From assembly GCA_964016885.1 (NCBI GenBank), contig OZ024757.1, forward strand, positions 12,648,001-12,712,000: 64,000 bases of DNA, given 5' to 3'. The position numbers were made by a program, and so were the translations under genes. Positions 51,301 to 64,000 of this stretch are shown piece after piece (position 1 is the first letter of the stretch; each line of letters begins with the position of its first letter). The notes beneath the pieces are model-generated. The model saw nothing but the letters and a program-made list of their open reading frames with translations, was not told where the DNA came from and ran no database searches. This DNA is from Eledone cirrhosa (Eukaryota).

Positions 51301-53819
51301 GCTAATCTGATCACCTAGGTACCGGAAGCTATCAACCATATCTCCAGAACCCACCTGTATTTGAAAAATGTGTTTATCACTGTGATTACTACTGCCAACT
51401 TTCCCTGTACATCTACTGCATACATAGTTATCCCTACCTGTTGGTTTGCCTGCTATCCCACTACATCTCTTGTGTACCCAAACATCTGCATTGCGTACAT
51501 TTTATGGAATTTATGCCAGTTCCTTTCCCACATATTGAACATGGCCATTTCCCCGATGGAATCACAGTTTTGTCCTCTTTTCTACTCATCAACACTTTTG
51601 TTTAAACTATGTTCACACTCAGGCCTCTTGATTCCAACTGCTGTTTCCATAGCCAGAATTTATTCTCTAATCCCTCTACTGATTCTGCTATAAGAACCAG
51701 ATCATCAGCATAGAGAAGTTCCCATGGGCATCCAATCTTAAACTCCTCTGTTATGGCTTAGAGGACTATAATGAACAAGAGTGGGCTGAGGACCGAACCT
51801 TGATGTACACATACTTGTATCTGGAATTCCTCACTAAACTCCATTCCTACCCTCACTTTACTGACAGCACACCTGTACATAGCTTGTACTGTGCTCACAA
51901 GCCATTCCTCTACACCTAGTTTCCTTAGGGACCACCAGATGACAGATCAGGGTACCCTATCAAAGGCCCTCTCTAGGTCAACAAAAGCTAAGTTTAGTGA
52001 CTTATTCTTCTCTAAGAACCTCTCTTGTAGTAACCTCACTAAGAAGAGGGCTTCTGTTGTACTTTTCCGAGGCACAAAACCAAACTGCATCTCATCTAAA
52101 TTGACCTTTTCTCTAATCAGCTGCGCTAATATTCTCTCTGCCATTTCATAACCTGATCCATCAGCTTTATGCCCCTATAATTGCTCCTCTCTAGAGCATC
52201 CCCTTTATCTTTGTAGCAATTTATGAGAATACTGCTGTACCTACATTATATGCTTTCATTATACCATTCTACTTAGATTATATATATTGCTTGTCATCAT
52301 CATCATCGTTTAACGTCTACCTTGCACGCTAGCATGGGTTTAGACAGGCATTGTCCCACTGGAGGTAAGATTTGTCAGGTGACCGTATCTCACTTGTATA
52401 GGACTAGATGGCAGGTTTTCTATGGCTGGATATCCTTCCTAACACCAACCACATTTACAGTGTAGACTGGGAGGTTTTTACCATGTTACTTACACGGCCA
52501 CATTACAGTGTGGACTGTGTGTTTTTTTGTCGTGACACCTACACGACCTCATTTATTTAGGACTGGATGTTGTGTTACCAACATAACTTTACAAAGAAAG
52601 GGTGGTGTTGATGGGGGTGTATATTTGGTTAAGAGGTGCCTACTGACTGTAGGTTTCGTTTTGTACATAGGCAAGGCGGGTCTTCTGTATTACTGAGTAG
52701 CGCCAAAGATCTCGGTCCAGTGACATTGTCTTAATGTATATATATATATATATACACACAATTATATATATATATATATGTGTGTGTGTGTTAAACTGTT
52801 CGTATACACGCATTATTCAACCTACCCTTTGTTTTGAGGAAAAAGCCTTTAGTAAGTTGCAGTGGTACTAGCATCCTGAACCTTTTCCATTCCATGTTCA
52901 CTCAGGCTGCTCTACTTTCAGAACACCCCCCCCCCCCTCCACTGATGATATCATCACCCAATTGGAAAGACCAATGGAAACATTGTTTCCTTGGTCCAAT
53001 TTGACAAAAGTCAATCGTTGCTTCCTGTGAATGTTTGCTGCTTACTGCTCCTGTGCAATGGCCACATGTAAAACCTATATTCTTAGCTAACCTACCTGAG
53101 ATCCCACTACATCTCTTGTGTACCCATTGTTTGTATTTTGGACAGAGAATAGAATTTCTACCTACACCTTTCTAACACACTGAGCAAGGCCATTTTCTGA
53201 GTGAAATCAGATATTGTATGGATTCAAATAGACTCGTAACTCCTGGTCTAAATACGGCCGATTTCTCCCAGAGAAAGATATAAAAGAAGTAAGAAAAAGA
53301 TAAATAGGAACAATTGACTCCTACTAATAAAAAGATGGAAGTTAAACTGGTGTTGACATATCACCAGGAGAGGAGATAATAGCTATGTTAGAAAGTCCTA
53401 TCAGAATGAATTTTTCACTAAACTGCCACAGAGCAGACCTCTCTAGAGATAGGAGGATAACATTTATAGAGCGTGCTGGAATACCACTGTTTGCATTGGA
53501 GAGAATTACTCTGGACAGGAAAGTTGAAATCTACAGTTTACCAATATAGAAATATAAAGTTTCCACTGTTAAATCTATCTCTGCTTCTTAAGTATTCTGT
53601 ATTATCTCATACTGTTTCTTTCTTATTTCAGAATACCAGATGACATTGGGATAAATTATCATTTTCAATCTCGGATACATCACCTCTATTTATCATCATT
53701 TGAAGACTATTAACAGAAATCACAGTTGAGGGAAATATAGAAGATATATTTTTTAGGAATATAATCTAAAAAATATTACAAGTAAAACATTTGTATATTC
53801 TGTTGGAGATAAAATTATT

Positions 53820-54101
53820 ATGGAAAATAAATTGAGTGAAAAGGTTAAATGCGAAACACAATCGAAAATGTTTAGTATTCCTGGTGAGATGACAAAGGTT
53901 GGAGAAGAGAAACCATATCACTGCAATATCTGTGGTAAATCATTCAATAAACGTAGTACCTTAACTACTCACAATCAGTGTAATATCTGTGGTAAATCAT
54001 TCTCTTTCAATGCTACATTAACTTCACACAAACATATACAGGTGGGAAGCCATATCACTTTGATATGTTTTGAAAATATATCTTTTAATGGAGCAATTTA
54101 A
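53820..54101 (+). pseudogene. Collapsed C2H2 zinc-finger gene (duplicate of 43917-44198)
   Basis: Identical 93-aa translation. Confidence 0.85.
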
Positions 54102-54280
54102 CTAAATATATGCATAGATGAGGGAAAACATATAATCATCATCATCATTTTACATCCGCTTTTCCCTGCTTGCAAGGGTGGGATGGGTCCTATTCAGCAA
54201 AGCATCTCTTCACTTGTCACTGTCCTTCGTCATCTCCACCGTGAGCTTCAAACGTCTGCTCTCTCCACCTCCACCCATGT

Positions 54281-54983
54281 AAATCATTTTCTAATTTTGG
54301 TTTCACTACACACTAACATATACAGGAGAGGAACCATATCACTGTGATGTCTGTGATAAATCCTTCTCTAAATGTTGTGGCTTCACTAGACAGGAGAGGA
54401 ACCATATCACTGTGTTGTCTGTGGAAAATAATTCTCTAAATGTTGAGGCTTCACTAGACACTAACATATACAGGAGAGGAACTATATCACTGTGGTAAAT
54501 CCTTCTCTAAATGTTGTGGCTTCACTAGACACTAACATATAGAGGAGAGGAACCATATCACTGTGTTGTCTGTGGTAAATAATTCTCTAAATGTTGAGGC
54601 TTCACTAGACACTAACATATACAGGAGAGACTATATCACTGTGGTAAATCCTTCTCTAAATATTGTGGCTTCACTAGACACTAACATATACAGGAGAAAC
54701 TATATCACTGTGATGTCTGTGATAAATCATTCTCTAAATGTTGTGGCTTCACTAGACACTAACATATACAGGAGAGGAACCATATTACTGTGATGTCTGT
54801 GGTAAATCATTCTCTAAAGGTTGTGGCTTCACTAGACACTAACATATACAGGAGAGGAACTATATCACTGTGATGTCTGTGATAAATCATTCTCTAAATG
54901 TTGTGGCTTCACTAGACACTAACATATACAGGAGAGGAACCATATTACTGTGATGTCTGTGGTAAATCATTCTCTTGTAAAGG
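54281..54983 (+). repeat. Zinc-finger-derived ~80-bp tandem repeat
   Basis: Duplicate of 44378-45080. Confidence 0.9.
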
Positions 54984-56830
54984 TTACTTAATGAAACAGA
55001 AACTCAATGAGACAAGATAGAAACTATGTCACTCACCTAAAATAGTGCCACCAATGTTAATATTTTGAATAAAACTGTTTTACTAAGAAATTATTCTTTC
55101 ATTTTATTTGTAGAAGTTGTAACCAAGACTTGTGCTGTCAAATCTGTATTGTTCAGAATTTACATATGTCATATATGTGTGTAGAAATTTGTGTCGATGT
55201 ATATGTTTCTATCTGTGTTTGTATATAAGTATGAGCATATCTGTATTTGATTTATTTATTATGTATGTGTGTATATGTACGTCATCTTCATCAACATCAT
55301 CACTGTTTTTATGTTCGTTTTTCCATGCTTCCATGCTTCTCAACATGGCATCTTTCAACTTGTCGTGTTCCTTTGTCATCTCTGTGAGAGTCAATAATTT
55401 GAAGTCAGTTCACACAGCCGCTGTCCAGGTCTTGGTCTACCTCTACTATGGCTTCCTTCTACTGAGATGTCCTGGCACTTCTTCACCCAGCTGTGATTAT
55501 CCATGTGTATCACATGTCCGTACCAATGCAGTCTTCTCTCTTACACATCTCTTAGGATCCCTCTTAAACCCAGTTTCTCCCTCAACTTGTCCAAGCTCTG
55601 CCTTTCTCACACACTTAAATGGCATATCCAATGAAGCATGGTTGCTTTATTTCTCTCCAGTCTACACTTTTTTTCTGCTGTCACAGCCCTTGTTTCACTA
55701 CCATGCAGCATCATATTTTATTGGCAGGTGTTATACAGTCATCGTCTACTGCTAATTAAGTCACAGAAGCTATCAACCACTTCAATGTGTGTATAATTAC
55801 ATGTGTATCTTTATGGGTCTGTATATATATATGTGTATACATCTGCATAGATTTGCAGTATATGATACAGCTGGGAGAACATCTCATATTACCTGAGTCC
55901 TTCTAGCAGATCCAGCAAGTGACACATATATATATATATGTATAATATATATATATACATATATATATCGTCAGACTTTCGTCAAATTGGACCGAAGAAA
56001 CAATGATTCCATTGGTCTTTCCAATTGCTAATACTATATATTGGTCACAACTCCAGGTAGAAGGAGCAATGTGAAATAAAGTGTCTTGCTCAAGGACATA
56101 ACACATCACCCGGTTCGAGAATTGAACTCACAACCTTTCAATTACAAGCCAATGTTCTAACCACTAAGCCATATATATTATATATATATTACCAGCAGAA
56201 TGGACTGGAGATCGCTAAATCGCCTAATGCGGTCCCTAGGGCATCGAAAATTTGAAATTTTTCTCCTCTAAACACTGACAGGAGCATAAGTATTATATTT
56301 GTAAAGTTTGAAAACAATCGGTTGGGTGGTTCTTGAGTTTTAGGGAGTCAGACAGACAGACATTCTCTGTTTTAGATATATAGATATATATATTATATTA
56401 TATATATATATATATTATATTATATATATATATATATTATATTATATATATATATATATATATTATATTATATATATATATATATATATTATATTATATA
56501 TATATATATATTATATTATATATATATATATATTATATTATATATATATATATTATATTATATATATATATATATTATATTATATATATATATATATTAT
56601 ATTATATTATATATATATATTATATTATATTATATATATATATTATATTATATTATATATATATATTATATTATATTATATATATATATTATATTATATT
56701 ATATATATATGTTATATATATTATATTATATTATATGATATATATATATATTATATAATATATATATATATTATATAATATATATATATGATATATATAT
56801 ATTATATTATATATATATATTATATATAAT

Positions 56831-57175
56831 ATCATCATCATCATCATTTCATTTTACGTCCGCTATTTCCCTGCTTGCAAGGGTGGGACGGGAACTGATT
56901 CTGGCTTGATTTCTACAGCTGGATGCCCTTCCTAACACCAACCTCATTTACAGTGAGTGCTGGTTGCTTTTTTTGCCATGGCACCTCCACGACCAATTTG
57001 CAGTGGAATGATAGGGACCCCAGTCCCTATCATCTCATTTCTACAGCTGAGTAAACTGGAGCAATGTGAAATAAAGTGTCTTGCTCAAGGAAACAACACA
57101 TCACCTGGTCTGAGAATTGAACTCACAACCTTTCGATTGCAAGGCCAATGCTCTAACCACTAAGCCATGTGCCTC
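56831..57175 (-). mobile_element. SINE family 1
   Basis: Duplicate of 46808-47152. Confidence 0.92.
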
Positions 57176-57490
57176 CATAATATATATATATTATATATAT
57201 ATCAACCCACACTATAAAGTGGACATGTAGGCACCACGGAAGGAAAGTACCCAGCACTCACTGTAAATGAGGTTGGTGTTAGGAAGGGCATCCAACTGTA
57301 GAAATCAAGCCAGAATCAGTTCCCGTATGAGCAAGACAAGGTCAGCCAACTGGATACTGCCCACATCAGGACAACCCGTCTAACCCATGCTAGCATAGAA
57401 GAACGGACGTAAAACAGTGTTGATGATGGTATATATATATTATATACATATATTATTATATATATATCATATATTATATATATATATATA

Positions 57491-58368
57491 CAGATTCCGG
57501 ACGATATTTGTTCTCAAGATTACTGTCCAGGAAAAATTAACACAGTAGTTTTATTTTTTAAGATTTATTTATCAAACTTGGCTCAGTTTGTCTTCATGAC
57601 TTGTTCTTTCAATCTCACTCCATAACCTTGCCATTGGCTTTGATGACGGCCTTGAAACCGGCTACAGGCCTTCGTCACTGTCCCCTGACTTAGGCCCCTA
57701 AAGGCACTTGTGATCCTGGGCTTCAGATCATCTTTTGTATTGCAGCTGGATCTGTTAGTTTCTCGTTCCACTGCGCCCCACAAAGAAGTCAAGAGGGTTG
57801 CAGTCAGCCTAGCTGGGAGGCCAGATATCAGGGGAAGTGTGGTCGATGAAGTTCTCTGACAGCCAGGTTTGGACATTTTGGCTGGAATGGCAGGGCGCTG
57901 AATCATGCTGCCACACGTATGACCTACCTGCAGCTACCTGGTCGATCCAGGGCTTTCCTACCTCGCTCAGAACACGGATGTAGCCATCTGTGTTCAGCTT
58001 GAGACCCTCAGGGAAGCAGTGAGAGGGTATTACATCACCTTGACTGCTGACGACACCTAAGACCAATGTTGTTGCTGGAAACTTTATCTGCATGACTCTG
58101 GGCACGTCTTTGGATGAGACAGCGAGCCACCTGTTGTTCTGGGAGTTAATCTTCTGGTCTTATTTGTCCTCCCGATGCTGATTCCAAGAAGAACTCCGTG
58201 TCTCTTCCACAAATTTAAAGGTTCAAAATTATTCATAATCAATTATTCTGAAAATAAATAATGGAAATATATTCACTGTTTTTATGAGGACAAGAGTGAC
58301 AACGGAAGTAAAAAAATTTTGCACAAAATTAACAGTTGAAAATTGCGACCAAATATCGTCCACACTTG
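57491..58368 (-). mobile_element. Internally deleted DD37D maT-type transposon
   Basis: Duplicate of 47468-48345. Confidence 0.88.
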
Positions 58369-58395
58369 TATATTTATATTTCATATATACATATA

Positions 58396-60134
<1,739 letters not shown>

Positions 60135-61487
60135 TTATGGCTTGTCTCCTATATGCATACGTTTGTGGCTAGTTAAGGCATTACTTTTAGAGAATGATTT
60201 ACCACAGATATCACAGTGATATGGCTTGTCTCCTGTATGTATACGTTTGTGGCTAGTTAAGGTACCACTTCGAGAGAATGATTTACCACAGATATCACAG
60301 TGATGTGGCTTGTTTCCTGTATGGGTACATTTGTGGCTAGTCAAGTTACTACTTTGAGAGAATGATTTACCACAGATATCACAGTGATGTGGCTTGTCTC
60401 CTGTATGGGTACATTTGTGGCTAGTCAAGTAACTACTTTGAGAGAATGATTTACCACAGGTATCACAGTGATATGGCTTGTCTCCTGTATGTATACGTTT
60501 TTGTTTATTTAAGTTACCACTTTCAGAGAATGATTTACCACAGATATCACAGTGATATGGCTTGTCTCCTGTATGTATACGTTTGTGTCTAGTTAAGGAA
60601 CTATTTTCGTAGAATGATATACCACAGTGGTATGGCTTCTCTCCTGTATGTATATGTTTGTGGTTAGTTAAGTGACTACTATTAGAGAATGATTTATGAC
60701 AGATATCACAGTGGTATGGCTTGTCTCCTGTATGTAAACGTTTGTGGCTAGGTAAGGTACTACTGACAGAGAATGATTTACCACAGATATCACAGTGATA
60801 TGTCTTTTCTCCCGTATGGGTACGTTTGTGGCTAGGTAAGGTACTACTGACAGAGAATGATTTACCACAGATATCACAGTGATATGGCTTGTCTTCTCTA
60901 TCTCTATGTATACGTTTGTGTCTAGTCAAGGCACTACTATCAGAGAATGATTTACCACAGATATCACAGTGATATGGCTTGTCTCCTGTATGTATACGTT
61001 TGTGTCTAGTTAAAGAACTATTTTCGTAGAATGATATACCACAGTGGTATGGCTTCTCTCCTGTATGTATATGTTTGTGGTTAGTTAAGTGACTACTATT
61101 AGAGAATGATTTATGACAGATATCACAGTGGTATGGCTTGTCTCCTGTATGTAAACGTTTGTGGCTAGGTAAGGTACTACTGACAGAGAATGATTTACCA
61201 CAGATATCACAGTGATATGTCTTTTCTCCCGTATGGGTACGTTTGTGGCTAGGTAAGGTACTACTGACAGAGAATGATTTACCACAGATATCACAGTGAT
61301 ATGGCTTGTCTTCTCTATCTCTATGTATACGTTTGTGTCTAGTCAAGGCACTACTATCAGAGAATGATTTACCACAGATATCACAGTGATATGGCTTCTC
61401 TTCTCTAGCCTTCATCATTTCACCAGCAATACTAAACACTTTAGATTGTGTTCCACATTTAATCTTCTCACTCAATTTATTTGGCAT
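60135..61487 (-). CDS. C2H2 zinc-finger protein, 15 finger repeats (12 canonical)
   Basis: 450-aa ORF; leader identical to the ORF at 23776; 417-bp five-finger tandem duplication; ends at a TAC>TAA stop with decayed fingers continuing to ~60046. Confidence 0.85.
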   Translation of the reverse strand: MPNKLSEKIKCGTQSKVFSIAGEMMKAREEKPYHCDICGKSFSDSSALTRHKRIHRDREDKPYHCDICGKSFSVSSTLPSHKRTHTGEKTYHCDICGKSFSVSSTLPSHKRLHTGDKPYHCDICHKSFSNSSHLTNHKHIHTGEKPYHCGISFYENSSLTRHKRIHTGDKPYHCDICGKSFSDSSALTRHKRIHRDREDKPYHCDICGKSFSVSSTLPSHKRTHTGEKTYHCDICGKSFSVSSTLPSHKRLHTGDKPYHCDICHKSFSNSSHLTNHKHIHTGEKPYHCGISFYENSSLTRHKRIHTGDKPYHCDICGKSFSESGNLNKQKRIHTGDKPYHCDTCGKSFSQSSYLTSHKCTHTGDKPHHCDICGKSFSQSSNLTSHKCTHTGNKPHHCDICGKSFSRSGTLTSHKRIHTGDKPYHCDICGKSFSKSNALTSHKRMHIGDKP

Positions 61488-62246
61488 AATGATATTTTCT
61501 TCAATAGAATATACAATTCATTTACTTGTAATATTTCTTATATTATATTCCTAAATATATCTTCTATATTTCCCTCAACTGTGATTTCAGTTAATATATG
61601 AAGATAATAAAAACTTATATTTCACCCAAGTTTAGTTAAAATACAAAACCATCTCATAGTGAAGAAAATAAACTCAGTTCTGAGGAAATATTTCACAGTA
61701 ATTGAACTATAGATTTATATAAACAGTGTTATATAAGTTCTGTTTAAAATGTTTTAGTCTTCAATGATGATAAATATAGGTGGTGTATCCAAGATTGAAA
61801 ATAATAATTCATGCCAATGTAATCCGGTATTCTGAAATGAAAAAGAAACAGTATGAGATAATACAGAATACTTTAGAAGCAGAGATAGATTTAACAGTGG
61901 AAATTTTATATTTCTATATTGATAAACTGTAGATATAAACTTTCCTGTCCAGAATAATTCTCTCCAATGTAAGCAGTGGTATTCAAGCATGCTCTGTAAA
62001 TTATATCCTTCTATCTCTAGAGAGGTCTGCTCTATGGCAGTTTAGTGAAAAATTCATTCTGATAGGACTTTCTAACGTAGCTATCATCTCTTCTCCTGGT
62101 GACATGTCAACACAGGTTTAACATATACATATATAAATATATATACACACACACACATATATATACACATATACATATATATAAATATATATACACACAC
62201 ATATATACATATACACATATATATACATATACACATGTATATATAT

Positions 62247-63492
62247 GCAACTTTTACAAACAACCGCAATGACAGGACGGAGACATCATTATGCTAGCAG
62301 GGGACTTCAATGGTCATGTTGGATAGCTCCAAGATGGTTACATTGGGGTACATGGTGGGCACGGTTATGGCTCAAAAAATGAAGAAGGAGTGAGACTTCT
62401 TGAATTTTGTGATGCAAATACACTAACTGTTTTCAACACAAACTTCCAGAAACCTGCCAACCACCTAATAACCTACAAATCAGGCGAGCACATAAGCCAG
62501 ATTGACTACTTACTAATTAGGCAGTTGGACAGGCAGATAGTGTCTAATACCAAGGCATACCCTGGGGAAGAATGTACCCCACAGGATAGGTTAGTCGTTA
62601 GTGATAGCTCAGTAAGCAAGAGATGGAATGAGACATACAGGAAGGTGTGTAAAAGAAAGGTCGGGAAGCTAAAAGAGCTTTTACTAAAATACAAATTTAG
62701 GAAAGCCCTTCAAGATGTGTATGACGAAAAAGAAGGCGATTTAGAGACGTATGACATAGATGAAAACTGGAATTTCTTACTGATGAAACTTGTGGCTGGA
62801 GCAGAGCTCCAACCAGACAGTGAGTGACCAGGTGGTGGAACAGCACAGTAGATAAGGCCATTAGAGACAAAAGACTATCATGGAAAGCTTGGAAAAAGGG
62901 TTGGAGTAGAGAAGGATATACAGCCGCTAAGTGAGAAGCTAGACGTCAGGTGAACTTAGCACGCAGAGAGGCTGAGAGTAGAAGGTTTGCCAATGTTCTT
63001 CGATGGGAAGATCAGAGGTGTGCGGTGTTCCACATTGCAAGGCAGTGTGTCAATTCAAATCAGGATGTTGCTGGAGATAAATGTGTCCGGAATAATGCCG
63101 GTGTACTTAGTGTCACGAATGATCAGAAAAAGGAGGCCTGGAAATGTCATTATGAGAGACTGATGAATGTGGAGCACGAATGGGAGTGAGAGAAATAACC
63201 CTCAGTAGATCCGACAGAGGGACCAGCTATTGAGATTGACGAATATAGGGTACAAGAGGCGACTAAGGAAATGAAAAATGGTAAGGCTTCTGGACCGTCA
63301 GGGATAGTTGCTGAGATGCTAAAGGCATCAGGGTACGTAGGCACTAAACTGGTTGCACGCATCATCAATCAGGCTATATATGGTGGTCTCATACCCAAAG
63401 ACTGGTGCAGCAGTATTCACATAAATTGCTACAAAGGTAAAAGGGATGCTCTGGAGAGGAGCAATTATAGGGGTATAAAACTGATGGATCAG
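62247..63492 (+). mobile_element. RTE family 2, 5' half (mirror of 21781-23007)
   Basis: GDFNGHVG, RLLEFCD, SQIDY, YRGIKLMDQ. Confidence 0.92.
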
Positions 63493-64000
63493 CTTGCAAA
63501 GGTGGGATGGGTCTTATTCAGAACAGCATCTCTCGACTTGTCACGGTCCTTCGTCATCTCCACCGTGAGTTTCGGCAATCTGAGGTCTGTTCTCACCACC
63601 TCCACCCATGTTTTTCGTGGTCTACCTCTAATACGTCTTCCTTCAACTGGCATTTCCTGGCACTTCTTCACCCATCAGTCTTCCTCCATGCGCATGACAT
63701 GTCCATACCACCTCAGTCTCCTCTCCCGATCTCTACATTCTATCTCTCTCAGGCACAGTTTCTCTCTCAACACATCTATGCTGGGTCATTCACACACATT
63801 GACATTGCACATCCAACGGAGCATGCTTGCCTCATTTCTCTCCAGCCGTCACATATCCTCTGCAGTTGCTGCCCATGTCTCACTACCATGCAGCATCGCG
63901 CTCCTCACATGGGCATCATATAACCGGCCTTTCGTACGCAGGGAGAAACCCTTCTTTGACAGCAGCTCCCTAAACTTCTTCCAACCCGTCCTTATTCTAG
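63493..64000 (-). mobile_element. RTE family 2, 3' half (mirror of 21266-21780)
   Basis: GRPRKTW, KTHPTFAS; same junction GGATCAG/CTTGCAA. Confidence 0.92.

Larger units (their letters stand above)
48371..58395. repeat. Segmental duplication unit, ~10.0 kb, copy 4
   Basis: Almost identical to 38470-48370; only a handful of substitutions and repeat-length changes seen. Confidence 0.97.

Overview
Eukaryotic, AT-rich, repeat-saturated DNA. It is most likely octopus (cephalopod), inferred from the style of the C2H2 zinc-finger genes, the tRNA-headed SINEs and the RTE LINEs with (GAT)n tails. The only host genes seen are five paralogous C2H2 zinc-finger (ZNF) coding exons: 23776+ (6 fingers), 31206+ (9 fingers, split by a LINE), 43917+ and 53820+ (collapsed by deletion), and 61487- (15 finger repeats). 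They sit in ~10-kb segmentally duplicated units: two near-identical tandem copies, older diverged copies, and a >=4-kb inverted copy at the right end. The rest is RTE-clade LINEs (two families carry a PHD finger inside the RT), two SINE families, DD37D maT transposon remnants, Helitron-like elements, a Merlin-like palindromic MITE, Penelope-like remnants with hammerhead ribozyme motifs, and micro/minisatellites. No intact autonomous transposon, rRNA, true tRNA or CRISPR array was seen. I found no clearly new biological system. The best leads are the PHD-in-RT LINEs, the hammerhead motif, fast ZNF array turnover and a ZNF-derived 80-bp non-coding satellite. Boundaries of degraded repeats were read by eye and are approximate.
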